DNA of 64,000 nucleotides from Lytechinus pictus (Eukaryota): NCBI RefSeq assembly GCF_037042905.1, contig NC_087252.1, positions 9,426,001 to 9,490,000 of the forward strand, read 5' to 3'. Shown piece by piece: positions 26,647 to 40,700 of this stretch (position 1 is its first letter; each line of letters starts with the position of its first letter). The notes under the pieces were generated by a model. It saw only the letters and a program-made list of their open reading frames with translations, ran no database searches and was not told where the DNA came from. The position numbers and the translations under genes were made by a program.

Positions 26647-27850
26647 AAGAGCTCACTTGCAAAAGGGGTTAGGTCCATTTTTCATCAAATTTGATTTTTT
26701 TTTTGTTTTTTTTTTTTTGTCTCGATACCAAAGAAAAGTTCAAATTCCTATTAAAAAGTAAACTAAAATGGGAAAGAAAAATCACTTTTTTTAAAAGGGG
26801 TTAGGTCCATTTCAGTTTAGTTGCAAAATGGGTTAGGTCCACACAGAATTTTTGGGGAAAAGAATATCTTTAAAAATATGAAGACAGGTAGATTTCTCTT
26901 ATACCCAATTTTATGTTATCATGGTATGGTATCATGAAAATTCAGTTTTGCGTGTATTGCAATATGGGAGAATTTATAAAAATATTTTCTTGGAGTGGAC
27001 CTAACCCATTTTGCAACCAAACTTTTTTGAAGGACTCCTTTGTCAAAAGGGTTAGGACAATTTTTCATAAATTTTATTATATCCTGTCTATAAACTTCTA
27101 AATACTTAGTCACACTAATGATACCAAAGAATATTTGAAATTCAAATGAAAAGGTGAATGAAAGTGGCAAAGAAAAATCACTTTTTTAATCAAAAGATAT
27201 TGGATTCATTTTAGTTTAGTTGCAAAACGGGTTAGGTCCACACAGAATTTTTGGGGAAAAGAATATCTTTAAAAAAATATGAAGACAGGTAGACTTCTCT
27301 TATACCCAATTTTATGTTCTCATGTTAGGGTATCATGAAAATTCAGTTTCACGTAAGAATATTGCAATATGGGAGAATTTATAAAAATATTTTCTTGGAG
27401 TGGACCTAACCCCTTTTGCAACCAAACTGTTCTGAAGGACTCATTTGTCAAAAGGGGTTATGTCAATTTTTCATAAATATTATTGTTTTCTGTCTCTAAA
27501 CCTCTAAATTTTCATTCACACTGATGATACCAAAGACAATTTGAAATTCAAATGAAAAAGTGAATGAAAGTGGCAAAGAAAAATCACTTTTTTAATCAAA
27601 AGAGATTGGATTCATTTTAGTTTACTTGCAAAAGGGGTTAGGTCCACAATGATAACTTTTTAAAAATATATAGAAAATAAATTGAAGACGGGTAGATTTC
27701 TTTTATACCCAATTCTATGTTCACATGATAGGGTAGTACATCATGACAATTTAGTCTCTCATAAGAATATTGCAATAAGTGAGAATAAAAAACATGATTT
27801 TTCTTGGAATGATCCAAAGTGGACCTAACCCCTTTTGCAACTATACTCTT
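26647..27850. mobile_element. TIR element with reiterated ttgcaaaaggggttaggtcca motifs and about 0.4-kb internal tandem repeats
   Basis: aagag..cacttgcaaaaggggttaggtcca at the left, tggacctaaccccttttgcaactatactctt at the right; repeated internal blocks. Confidence 0.7.
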
Positions 27851-27997
27851 ATTCTTTGTTATAACACTAATTTACAGAGAGTAAAAGAAAAAAAAAAGTA
27901 TGAAAGGAAGGTTCTCGCCCGCCCGGTTATCTCAATTACCCAACAAAAACATGTTACCTTTAAACCGCCCCCCTCCCACTCTTTCAAAATATCCTTG

Positions 27998-28205
27998 GGT
28001 GTTTAACAAAGATAAGTGTGACTTGTGAGTCGCTCTTAAATTCTAAGCTGCGTACTATTAAAAAGGCATCACTGCATAGGTCAAATCATGCCAAGAGGAT
28101 GCGCGCTACTGCGCATTAATCAATCAGATTGTGTGTTACATATCATGTGCACAACAGCATTTCAGCATGACTTAAGTCACACTTAAGTCTTTGTGAAACA
28201 CCCCC
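27998..28205. mobile_element. MITE (Harbinger-like GGG termini); second copy at about 56529-56745
   Basis: gggtgtttaacaaagat...tctttgtgaaacacccc in both copies. Confidence 0.7.
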
Positions 28206-28226
28206 TTGTCTGCTCTTTCATCACCA

Positions 28227-28463
28227 CACAGCAAAAACTGTGGTGTTAACCAGTGTACATAGAGGACCACACCAGTTATTTTACACCGGTGTTAAATTGG
28301 TGGTGTTAGTTTTACACCTATAGGTGCTATTACAACACCTTTGGTTGTTACATTTACACTCTGGTGTTATGTTCAATCTTTAGGGTGTAATTTTAACACC
28401 TCAGGGTGTGGTCCTCTATTAACACCAATAGGTGTCAGTTGTAACACCACAGTTTTTACAGTG
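28227..28463. mobile_element. CMC/EnSpm-like MITE, CAC termini, 2-bp TSD CA
   Basis: ca|cacagcaaaaactgtggtgtta...taacaccacagtttttacagtg|ca. Confidence 0.8.
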
Positions 28464-31151
28464 CATAATCACCATCACACACTCCACCATCGGGAATCAC
28501 TATCACAAGCATGATCACCCCCAGTGGACTACTTTGCCAACTATCTATTCAAATATGTCACAAAAGAAATTGGAAAAGAGAATACCGTTGGTCGTAGTAG
28601 CTTAAATTAAAAATTTCCCCAGAGCTATCCTCCCTTTTGAACATGTGAGGCAAAAAAGTCTCCAAGGGGAATCAAACCGGGGGGGGGGGGCAGATTATAG
28701 AACAGTGGTGCTTAAGCGCTAGGCCACAAAGAGGATGGTGGCTAGGTCATAGACCGTCAGATTAACAAATAATATCTTTTTGTTAAATAAGGATGCTAAC
28801 ATTTGACCAAAAAATAAGGGCAATTAAGCAAACTTCTGGTATAAAAAGTTTTTATTTACATGTATATACATTGGTCACTCTTCTTCCTCTTCTTTTTTCC
28901 CCTTTCTTCTTCTTCTTACTCCTCCTTTCTTCTTCTTCTTTTTCTTCTTCCTCTTCCTCCTTCTCCTTTTCTTCTTTGGTAGATAAAGTATTTTTTAACT
29001 GCATTCTACAAATTAGAAAGGAGTAGATCTAACTAGTGACAATAGTAAACTCTCTCCTGAAAGAAAACTTTATTCCTACCCCCCCCCTCAAAAAATGACA
29101 TTTATAATACATAAACAAATAAAAAAAATGACCAGCGAATCATGGACTTTAGTATGACCGATTTTTTTTCTTCAAATGAGTGAAAAAAACAAACAGTGAA
29201 TTTGCAGAGTATAACATGACCATTAAGATTGCAATCATGCAAGCTCTCTGTATTAGGACTTTCCAATGATGTTTTGAAATAAGAATTACTCCATTATGGT
29301 ATGACAACTCTGCAATCTGTTATGTTTCTTTATTCTCAATAATATGTGTCATGCCATGTGACAGAGAATATAACGTAGAACAATCATGGTTTTGATGAAA
29401 AAAACATTTTTTTTTTACTACATGTATGAAGACAGTAAACATAAACGATGGACATGGCAAGAAAAATCACTACACAGCTGAATGGAATACCCAGAACTAA
29501 ATACGACAACGATTATGACAATATGAAAGTGGGCCCCATGTCTGCACACCCCAAACAGAGCTTGAGATTTAATAATCAAACATGATTTTTTTTTTTTTTC
29601 ACAACGGTTTGCATTAATATTTTTCCATATGTTCTTAAGAGTATGTGTGCCAAATATATCATCAGAATTTGTGTCAGATACATGAATTTCTTATGAAAAA
29701 CCAGGGCCTGCCATTATTGTTAGGTTGGAAAAAAAATCATTTCCATGTCTATGCACGCATTCATTTCACACAAAATTCAAGGATTTTGATGAGGAAGGCT
29801 TACATGAAAATACCAACATTTATCATTTGGACTCGGATGTTTTCATGAATACCTGTCTATGGGATGCAGATGTAGATTTTGTGGTTGTTGCGTGCTTCTT
29901 TTATCAGAATCGTGCATATAAAAATTATACGTGTACATGGACAAGGGGCACTGCAGACAATTAGGGTACCATGCCACACAATACATATCATTGCTAAATG
30001 GGAACATAATGAAACAAAAACACACGAGATAATAACTGCGTTCTGTAATGTTTAAAAACATGACTAGCATTACCCAGTCCCATTCAAACATACATGTAGT
30101 ACAATGTAGATAAACAAGTACATCCTATATGATGACATTGTAAGAGTTGCTCAGCATAAATATACCCAGTCCTATCTCCTTCTTATAGTGTATTCCAAAC
30201 CCTGGTTAACTGAAACTGTGGCTCATATCTGTGTTACTACCATTGGTAACCCACAGTCCATCAATATTTAAGAGTGGAACATTTAGCATGGTAGAAACCG
30301 TCTTGTAGTGTGCTTTTCTTAATTTGTGAACGAGCACAGTAAAAAGTCCAAAAGGGGCCGTTTCATAAAGCTGTTGGCAAGTTACAACTTTACGCCAAAT
30401 TTTACAAATAATGACCCTTTCTTGTGTTAAATGAAATACATGTACCTCATGTTTTCCTCTTCTTAATATGTTGAGAGTTCATTTCTTATACCCCTTATCA
30501 AATTTTGAAAATATCAAACTTGAATTCAGATGATTGTTAATAGAGAGATTTTTAATCTAAAAAATCTCATTTTGATTGTAGCTGATGCGAATCAGCATAA
30601 TAAGCAACGTATGTAAGTTGGTTTGTTGTTGTTATTTTCAGGGAGGGGGCCAACCTATTTTTGGGCACAAACTCCGATCACAGCTTAAATTGAACCCAAA
30701 TTCAGAATACACATCAGTGTTAAAAAAAAGGGGGGTCAACACTAGGCAATAGCATCCCACCCATTGATTACATTACTTAGGTTTTACAAATGATAACTTG
30801 GGCTTGTTCAAAGAAACAGTCTTAAGAATAATACAGGTATTTTACCAAAGCCAAATCTACTGAATTCACAGACATCTGTTCAAGATAGGAGAAAATTAAC
30901 TTTAAAAATGTATATAACGCATGATTATATGGTCCAAAAATTAATTTGACCTAGATGCTTATTTACCTACAGATACTAGTAAAAAGGCTATACAAGAGTT
31001 GTCATTTGTTTAAATATAATCAACCACATGTTAAAAAAAAACTTGTCCAACACATCATTCCTATAGTAGCATATTAAGTACCCTCAAAAGATTGGAGAAT
31101 GATACTGAAACATCAGATTATTTCCTAGATATCACATCTGTTTGGAAGCCC

Positions 31152-31475
31152 TGGGGCCCGTTGCAGAAAGAGTTGCGTTTAAACGCAAGTCAAAAAATCA
31201 ATCGCAAGTCCAAAATGCGCGCTGTTGATTGGTTGAAATTCAAGTTGCGCATGTTTTTTAGAGTTGCGTTTGATTGCAACTCTTTCTGCAACGGGCCCCT
31301 GGTGGTTGTTTCACAAAGCTGTTCGTAAATTAAGAGCGACTTTAAGAAGGACTGGTGATCCTTTCTTACGTGCTAAACCATCGCCAATGAATATACCATT
31401 TACCACAAGAAAGGATCACCAGTCGTTCTTAAAGTCGCTCTTAACTTACGAACAGCTTTATGAAACACCCACCTG
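31152..31475. mobile_element. Two adjacent palindromic MITEs (Harbinger-like, CTG target)
   Basis: ggggcccgttgcagaaagagttgc...gcaactctttctgcaacgggcccc, then gtggttgtttcacaaagctgttcgtaa...ttacgaacagctttatgaaacacccac, each flanked by ctg. Confidence 0.8.
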
Positions 31476-32451
31476 GGACTACAAAGGAGTATATTGGAGG
31501 CAGTTGGTGATTTATACTCATATTGTGTGTAGTATTTGCCTTCCTTATTTTCAGGCCTAAAAAAATATCAAAGAAAATTGTTGCATTCAGAGTGGCTGTT
31601 TTCCTGATATCGCAAAAAGAATTTCTTATAGTTACTTGAGGGCAATAGTCCTTAGAGTATATCAAAACTGCATCATAGCCAAGCATTTATGTTTCTCATG
31701 TTTATTTGTGTTTTTTCCAAAGTAATCCTGTTTTTCTCCAAGATTTCCCATACTCTCTATCCACATACATGTACCTGCAGCGCAATTTTCCAACCAATCC
31801 AGACTTTCTGGGTTTTTTTTCAAACTGGACAAGCCTTTGAAGGCTTTATAACCTAAACAGCTGCCTAAGAGAACAGTTATGAATATTTGCATTGCTAGAT
31901 GATTGTCTCTTACTACCTACATCCAACATCATAATGCATCTTTATTTTTCAAGTCTGTGAAAGCATTTGAATGATTTGTTTCTAAATATTGCCATGGCTG
32001 CTGGCCAGTTATGTCTAACCTAATAACAGAGTGGTCACTTTCTTATTCAACTCTGGCCAAGCCTTTACATACTTGCTCATCCAAAGCTGGGCATTCATGT
32101 CTAATTGTATGCAATGCCAGAGTAGCCATTGTCGCATTCTTCATCAAGTCTTGTCGAGCCTTCAGTTACTTGCTATAAAATCAAAAAAATCTGCAATAGT
32201 GGATATTGCAGTTTCTTCCATCACAATTTGTATCCAAAAGCAAAACTGCTGCCTTCCCCAGTCTATGAAATTGAAAGTATGAAAAAGCATAGGCTTCCAG
32301 ACATCAGCACCATAAGAAAAGTCTCCCAAAATCTCTCCCCAGACAGGTGTTTCCTCCGTAAACCCCTGATGGATGTCATCAAGCAGGCAATGAAATGTTA
32401 TGGCACCACTACACCCGATGAACTGTATGGTGGGTGTGAGACACACGAGTT

Positions 32452-32633
32452 TCAGAATCCAGGGGGCGGGGCCACACCACCCCTTCCCAATCCCCTGCCA
32501 AGGCCTCGCCCCAAGCCACGCCCTAGACCGCGCCCAAGTGATTGTGGGGGAATCCCCCGACCGGCGGGCGTCGTCCCTAGTCCACCCATCTGATTGGTTA
32601 ACTGCTCAATGGAGGCTTGCTGGTTCATTGCAC
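32452..32633 (-). CDS. mael: mael last coding exon (RG-repeat tail)
   Basis: ttttatccag|GT GCA ATG...GRGIPPQS(LGRG)5GVAPPPGF*; phase 1 matches the preceding exon. Confidence 0.8.
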
Positions 32634-34667
32634 CTGGATAAAAGGAAGTAAGCAGAATCATTCCTCAGAGAACAGCACTATCTGCATTCAGGAAGCCAAA
32701 GGCAAATTCCATGGATTCACAATACGGGGCGCCATCTATTGGCTGCAACGGACAGGCCAATTTCTAACTTCTGGGTCGGCATCGTGCACAGGTGCAGGCA
32801 CTGCACAGTGCCAGTATACTGTAATGTGACTGTGATGCTTCAAAACTGAAAACCATGTGGCAAAAGCGGAGGAAAAAACTATCTAAAAATTGTCTAAATT
32901 TCGCACAGAAATGTGCAGCAAATTCCTCTCCGACCTCTGGAACTGTAACAACATAATTATGCAAGCCGACCAAGCCGCGTTGGCCAACCGCAGCACAATG
33001 GCATGCATGCACTACTAGCGCACAACAGATTTTGACATTTTCCCATATTTCCTGTATTGTGAATTTCAGCCTGTCTGTTGCAACCAATAGGAGACACACC
33101 GTATTGTGGATCCATCGAATTAGGCCATATACCAAGCAACTGATGAGAAGTTTCATCAGTTTTTTATCCCCTCAATTGCCATGCTCATAGAAACAAAACC
33201 AAACTCCACATCAACCGATGGTATGTCATTGGTAATAACGTGATTGATAGCTTCGGTTGGACTGAAGTCAATCTTGCCTATGTGTCTATGACATAATACT
33301 TGAACATTTTAATAAATCAAATCTGCAAAGTCTAGGTACATCCACTTTCAAAGTAACATGTCATACCTGCTCATCAGATCAAACATTCTCTTAAAAACAT
33401 GAATACATGTGGAATGTTAATATACAGAGTGTTCCACAAAAAAATGAAGCTTCTCATTATCAATGATTTGTCTTAACTTAATCACAAATACAATAGATAA
33501 ATGACATATCCTGTTAAAGCCTAGAGTCTTTTCTTTCAACCTGGTATAACTCCAGACCATTCCTCGTCCTCGCCTGAGTGAAGGATACCAAATGTGACAA
33601 GCCATCCCAAAATCAACAATAAGACGCCCAAAATAAATTGTGAGATATTAATTCAGTTTGCAAAAGTACATCTTTAGCTTTAAAATGATAGATAAGTTGT
33701 CTAAATTGATCAACAATAACCCACTAAATTGAATGCAGAAGAAACAAAGCAAGAGCTTCAAAAATAAGGAGAAAACAGCGTTTGAAGTTCACATTCACTC
33801 AAACATGAGATATGCACACTGTTCAATTTCAGAGAAACTTCCACGCAGTCTACAACAATTCGTGCCAAAGAACTCTTGTATTTTGTTCATTCAACTTCAT
33901 GACTTCAAATTTTTACAGTATGAAGAAGAAATAATTTTTCTGATAAGTTATCTTTTTTTATTTTTTGGTTTCTGGAGACTAAATCACTATTTTGGCTGTT
34001 TACAGAGAACCATCCCTGGTGACTTAATGGTGGTTTTGGGGTTGTAGGTCACAAAAAGTCACTTTGCGGGTGGTATCTTACCTGGTTTCTGTTGAGGTAT
34101 AGTGGTAACCGTCTGCCACGCCTGGGCTGGGGTAGGAACCTGATTAGCTGATGGTGGTTCAGGAGGCCCAGCATAAAGATGGGATGCACCTGTAAAAAAA
34201 AAAAACCGGCAATTACTGCATAAAGTCCTTGCCTGTTTGTTCATATAGTTTAATATAGTTTGTTGTTAAGCGCATAGAGAATGTATTAATTATTATGCAC
34301 TTAATAAATCTAGCATTTTTATTATTAAACGGGCACTGTATGCATGTGATAAAAATCAGGAGTAAACACGATATGTAGATTAACAGTTTTAAATCTACTA
34401 CACTAAAAAAGACTGAAACAAAATAAATATTTAATGAAATACATGTGTGTGTGTGTGTGCTGAAAATTGAGTTTAAATAATCATCTCATCAAGAGAGATT
34501 CAAAACAACTGGTATAAGAACTCATACCGTCTCATACCATCTCATACCGTTTTCATGATATTGTTTTTACATTGATTCTAGAGGGAAGAACAATGAAGAA
34601 GATGGTGGTGGTGACAAAGTTAATGGTTGGATGATGTTGATGGTGGTGATGATGATGATGGTGGTGG

Positions 34668-34698
<31 letters not shown>

Positions 34699-34709
34699 GA
34701 TGATGGTGG

Positions 34710-34741
<32 letters not shown>

Positions 34742-37700
34742 ATAATGATGATGGTGGTGATGATGATGGTGATGATGGTGGTGATGATGATGGTGGTGAT
34801 GATGATGGTGGTGATGATTATGGTGTTGTTGATGATGGTGATGAGGATGATGAGGGGGTGTTGATGGTGATGATGATGGTGGTGATGATGATGGTGGTGA
34901 TGATTATGGTGTTGTTGATGATGGTGATGAGGATGATGAGGGGGTGTTGTCGTTGATGACGATGTCAATGGTGATGCGACATTAATGATGATGGTGGCAG
35001 CTGTGATTATGGTGATTAGGATGACAATGTTGATAATGATGATGGTTACAACGGTGATGATGATGATAGTGATTGATGGTGATGGCGTTTATGATAATTA
35101 ATGAGATGATGGTGATAATGATGGTCGTGGTGTTTATTATGATGTTGACGATTATTTTGTGGAGATGATGATGGGGGTGGTTGTGGTGATGATGATGGTG
35201 ATGATAATGATTATGATGATGATGATGTTTCGGATTCCGGTGACCCGGGTTCGATTCCCACGTGGTGCGCTAGTGCCCTTTGGTAAGGCATTTATCCTCA
35301 TTACCAGGTCCCTCGGAGAGGACCTTAAGCCGTTGGTCCCCTGGTTGCTTGCTCACAGGCATTCGTGCTTTCTTAGCAGTCAGGTAAAAAACCTCGGTAT
35401 AAAAAAAAATGATGATGGTGGTGATGACAACAGTGATAATCACCATGTAAATAACAAGAAAACTGATGAATATGATGCTGGTAATGTTGATGAAAGTAAT
35501 GACATTAAGACATCAAGATAATCAATTAGATGATATTTCAGATGGTGAAGAACCCTTTAAAAAACACTGAAATAATAATGAGCCTTATACCTGATTCTTG
35601 GCTATGAACAGTCTCAGGAATGTTAGACTTTGGCTGTGAAACAACATGAGCTATACCTGAATGTTACAAGGAGAAAAAAAACATTACAACCATTTCTTTT
35701 TTTTTCAAAATGATTTGAACTTCCAAAGCTTTAAAAATGCAAAATATATATATATACATGTATATACAAGATAAACAAAATGATAAAATCAAGAATAGAA
35801 AGCAAAGCATGTAAAAAGTGCTATTCCCTTTTTTATATAAAGACTGGTAGAAAAGTTTTTGAACTGAAGTGGCTATTCTGCCTAAAATTTGACATTATTA
35901 TTATATGAAAACTAAATAAAATATCTGATGAATAGACATACCAATAGTTGACGGCTGACGCAGCGGCTTATCTTCATATGAGGCCATTCGTTGTGCCTAC
36001 AGTAGAGCAAGTAAAAGAAGAGACAGAAATGATTTGACCGACCAACCAGGGAGTCGGTTATGCACAAAGTTGATTGATTGAAAAATTTTATTGGCTATTT
36101 CCATTCTCACGATCCAGAGATTGAATTGCAATTATGGTTACAATGTATTCACAAGATTAAAGGTCAAGTCCACCTAAGAAAAATGTTGGTTTCAATCAAT
36201 AGAGAAAAATCAGACAAGAATAATGCTGAAAATTTCATCAAAATTGGATGTAAAATAAGAAAGTTATCAAATTTTAAAGTTTTACTTATTTTTCACATAA
36301 TAGTTATACGCACAATTTAGTCACATGCAAATGAGATAATCGATGATGTCCTTCACTATTTCTTTTGTTTTTTATTGTTTGAATTATACAATATTTCAAT
36401 TTTTACAGATTTGACGATAAGGACAAACTTGAATGAACCATAAAATGTTAAACAATGGTAATTCCACATGTTCAGATAGAAATAAAGCTTTGTTTCACAT
36501 GACAATAGGGAGAAATTTAGAATATTTCATATTTCATATAATAAAATACAAAAGAAATAGTGAGTGAGTGATGTCATCAGTTCCCTCATTTGCATACCGA
36601 CTGGGATGTGCATATAACTGTTTTGTGAAATTAAGCAAAAATCATAAATGTCATAACTTTCTTATTTTACATCCGATTTTGATGAAATTTTCAGTGTTGT
36701 GCTTTTTTGATTTTTCTCTTTTTATTCAAATCAACTCTTTGTTGGGGTGGACTTTTCCTTTAAGAAAAATAAATGTTGAAGCAGTTCCAATTCAGGTAAT
36801 GAAACATAAATGAAATGGTAGTATACATAAAGTTGATCAAATTTTGTACGAAATGTACCAATTATGCCTTTAACCACTTTTTCAGAAGTTTGGAATTAAC
36901 ACTCTTTATATGAGAACAAAATTAGGAAAACAAGAAATATGTTCATTTCCTTTGCATAATGTGATAATATAACATACCAGTAATACAAAATAAATTGGTT
37001 GGTCCAGCATGGCTACATCTATATAGCAGCAACTTTTTCAAAAGTTTGGCTAAGGACTGATAGAAACTTGGTTTAAAAAAAAAAGGTTAAATAGGACAAC
37101 CCCAAATGAGTTCAATCTATTTCTGTCAAAGCACTCAATGCATCACCAATGTTTGCAAGAGCTTTCCAATCTGTAACTCCTATGTACATATCCGACTCAT
37201 TCGGGAACAATTCAGCACTGCACTAATGGACAAAGATAAGGCACTGGAACCAGATGATTCTGTAGTAAACTGGTTAAAATATCCTACCTCACGAGCCGTG
37301 TTGATGTCTTCTCTATCTTCCACATCACTGTCTCTCATCCGAGGGGGTGTGTAGTTGCGCCCCTTGCTGTTACCCCTCGGTGGAGTACGTTGACCTTGTG
37401 GTTTGATCTCCCTCTGCTGCGCGGGATAGACGATAGCGTCTGGGGTTTCGGCCTCCGGTATATGGTTGGGTGTCAGCTCTACGTCGTACCTAGGACAGAC
37501 CGCATCACTGAGGCAGTAGCTATGAAGACAGACAGATTCAAACTTGTGGATTCTTAGTTTAAAAAGTGGACACACATGGGTCCCGTAAAACAACACGATT
37601 TACTAAATATTTATTATATATATTATTATATCCCTTATTTAAGATTGTTGTATTGAGAGTGTACACAAGGAGAAAAGAATAGTTTTACTACGAAAAACGT

Positions 37701-40700
37701 TTGCCATGAAATAGTTCATTTACCTTGCTGACGTCACGCATAGTCCATTTTTTCCCTAGGGAAAAAGTGAACTATACGTTTTTTGACCCCGCCCCCTACT
37801 CGATTCGCGAGCTGTGCGGCGCGATGCGAGCAGAGCGCTGCTCAGCCCAACGGTACTCTCTACTGCATGCCACGGGCAACTTTCGGCGAGCTGCACTAAC
37901 CAGGTGCGCTCGCTGAACAGACGATCAATACGGCAAGGCTTATTGTTTTCTCAACGATTGTTCCATCATCGACTAATTAAAAATCGTTTTGCTGTAAAAG
38001 TCGGGTATCAACGAAGAATATCGTATGAAGAATATATATGAGTGGAAGGGATATAAAACAAATATACAATGACCCATTCTCGGAACTGGCTAAAACTATT
38101 TGCACTCAGGAACATCACATAGTACTATTCTCCCTCGGGCCGATGGCCCTCGGGAGAATAGTACTATATGATGTTCCTTCGATGCAAATAGTTTTAGCCA
38201 GATCCTCGAGTGTCATTGTATATTTGTATACCATACTTTGGTTACACCGTGTTACCACAATACATCAACAAAATGATAAAACTATTATCAAATATTCAAT
38301 TTGTTTTTTCAATTGCATGATTTTAATAATATTGAAATATCGCCGAGCACTAGAATGAAACTCACCAGTATTTATTGCAGGTTCCCAAAGCACAATTTTC
38401 AAGGACTACTTCCGTTTCTTCATGATACTCACATCTGGATGAAAATAGAATAATGATTATAAAGTTAATCCTGATATCATGGAACCGATTATCATCATGT
38501 TGCTCATCACAACAATTAAAGAAACAATCCCACCACCATCATTATGATCAAAACAATCAGTAGCAAAGCAAAGAATATCCTTTTCATCATCATCGCTATC
38601 GCCATGTCAGCATCATGATCAGCAGCATCATCACACCATAATCACTACAACTACTATCATCAATAACCACTTCAAAAATCCAGATATTCTTATCATTATT
38701 ATTGCCAAAACCATCACCATCATCTCATGGCAATACTCATCCTATTTACCATCGTCAAGGTCACCACTACCATCATCGCCAAAGCCATCTTCATCATCAC
38801 CATCACCGTAACTACAGCAAACCGGCAGTCACCATCATCATCATCACTGTCATCATCATTACCATCAGCAGGATCATCATCACCATAATCATCATCATCA
38901 CCATCATCACTACCATCATCATCACCATCATTATCATCATCACCCTCATCATCACCATTAGCATCATTATGCCATAGCCATCATCATCACCATCAACTTG
39001 CCATCGCAATTATCATCACAACCGCCATCGTCACAACACTACCATCCTAATCATATATATAATCATCACCACCACAACCACCTCCACCACTGTTATCCAT
39101 CCCCTAACCCTCCATACTCTCCTCCTCACCTCGTATCCTTCATATAATCCCAGGCCGATGAAGCAAGAAGCGCAGAGACCTGGCTCCGGGATGGAACGAT
39201 CTCTCCCGCATTCCTGAACAGTTCTAGAATCAGGAGCTCAGCTTCGTAGACCTTGGTCAAGTTGTTGGACATTCCTAAATGAGAGCAGGATGCATGAAAG
39301 AAAGAAATGTCAAAACAGGGCTTAAAGGACAAGTCCACCCCAAAAAAAACTTGATTTGAAAAAAGGTGAAAATCCAACAAGCAAAACACTGAAAATTTCA
39401 TCAAAATCGGATGTAAAATAAGGAAGTTATGACATTTTAAAGTTTCACTTAACTTCACATAACAGTTATATGCACATCCTGGTCGGTTCGCAAATTGGCA
39501 GACTGATGATGTCACCCACTCACTATTTCTTTTGTATTTTAATATATGAAATATGAAATATTCTAATTTTCTCCTTGTCAAGTGAAACAAAGTTTAATTT
39601 TTCCCTGAACATGTGGAATTACCATTATTTTAACAGTTTATTGTTAAGTTAAGTTGGTCCTTATTGTCAAATCTGTAAAAATTGAAATATTGTATTATTC
39701 AAACAATAAAAAACAAAAGAAATAGTGAGTGATGGACATCATCGACTTTCTCATTTGCATATCGCTGAGTTGTGCATTTAACCGTTTGGTGAAATATAAG
39801 CGAAACTTGAGAATGTCATAACTTCTTATTTTACATCCGATTTCTATGAAATTTGCAGCATTATGTTTGTTTGATTTTTATCTATCGATTCGAATCAACA
39901 ATTTTCTTGGGTGGACTTGACCTTTTTAACCCTAAAAAGACTGGGGGGGGGGCTGAATCAGCCCCCCCTCAACATTTTTCGCGATAAATCCACCGCGCAA
40001 ATGTTTTTTACTGCGTCACTCGCTGACTTTTTACTTTCAAGTCTCACGCAACTTTTGAGACCAAAATTGTGACCCCCGGGTACCTGGTTCCGAAATTACG
40101 CAACATTTCGTAAGTGCATGCAGACCAAAAATTGCTCAAAAACGTGAATTTGTGTACAAATCCAATGCAAATAATGTTTTTAGCCAAAATTCATAAAATG
40201 TATATTTTTCCTTTTACCGCTTAAAATCAATTAATTTTATCTTGTTTATGGTTAAAATAAAGTCTCCAACAATTTCCATTGAAAAAACAATAAAAAACAA
40301 AAAGTCGAAAAACAAAGAAATACATAAGAAATTTAGAGAACAATAAAATACATAAAAAAATAAATGTGATGTTGACATTTTTTTTTATGAATTTAATCAG
40401 ATGCCTATTAAGAGTATGTGAAACAAAAATTAGCATTTTAGGGGCATTGTTTTCTTAATTAGAGCAAACTTATGATTTTACGCATAAATTAGCATAATTA
40501 ATGAGCAATGAGATTTTTCGCAGAATTTGATATTATAGTTTTGTAGATTATGCCATGGGTAACGCGCGTGTCAATTTTCATCGCAATCGCTCGATCGACG
40601 GCCGAGATCATAAGGGGGGGGTGTTGCACCCACAAATGTAATAACGCCCACAAATGTAATAACACTTTACCCACAAATGTAATAACGCCCACAAATGTAA

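Noticed and set aside
32129..32593. 154-aa + strand ORF with PRPRPKPRP
   Set aside because: The Pro/Arg repeat is the antisense reading of the mael LGRG exon.
35231..35275. tRNA gene
   Set aside because: Only a B-box/T-arm is present, with no full cloverleaf; it continues into SINE body sequence.
34567..35521. His-, Asp/Gly- and Met/Val-rich ORFs (also 38702-39009)
   Set aside because: Stop-free trinucleotide repeats inside mael introns.
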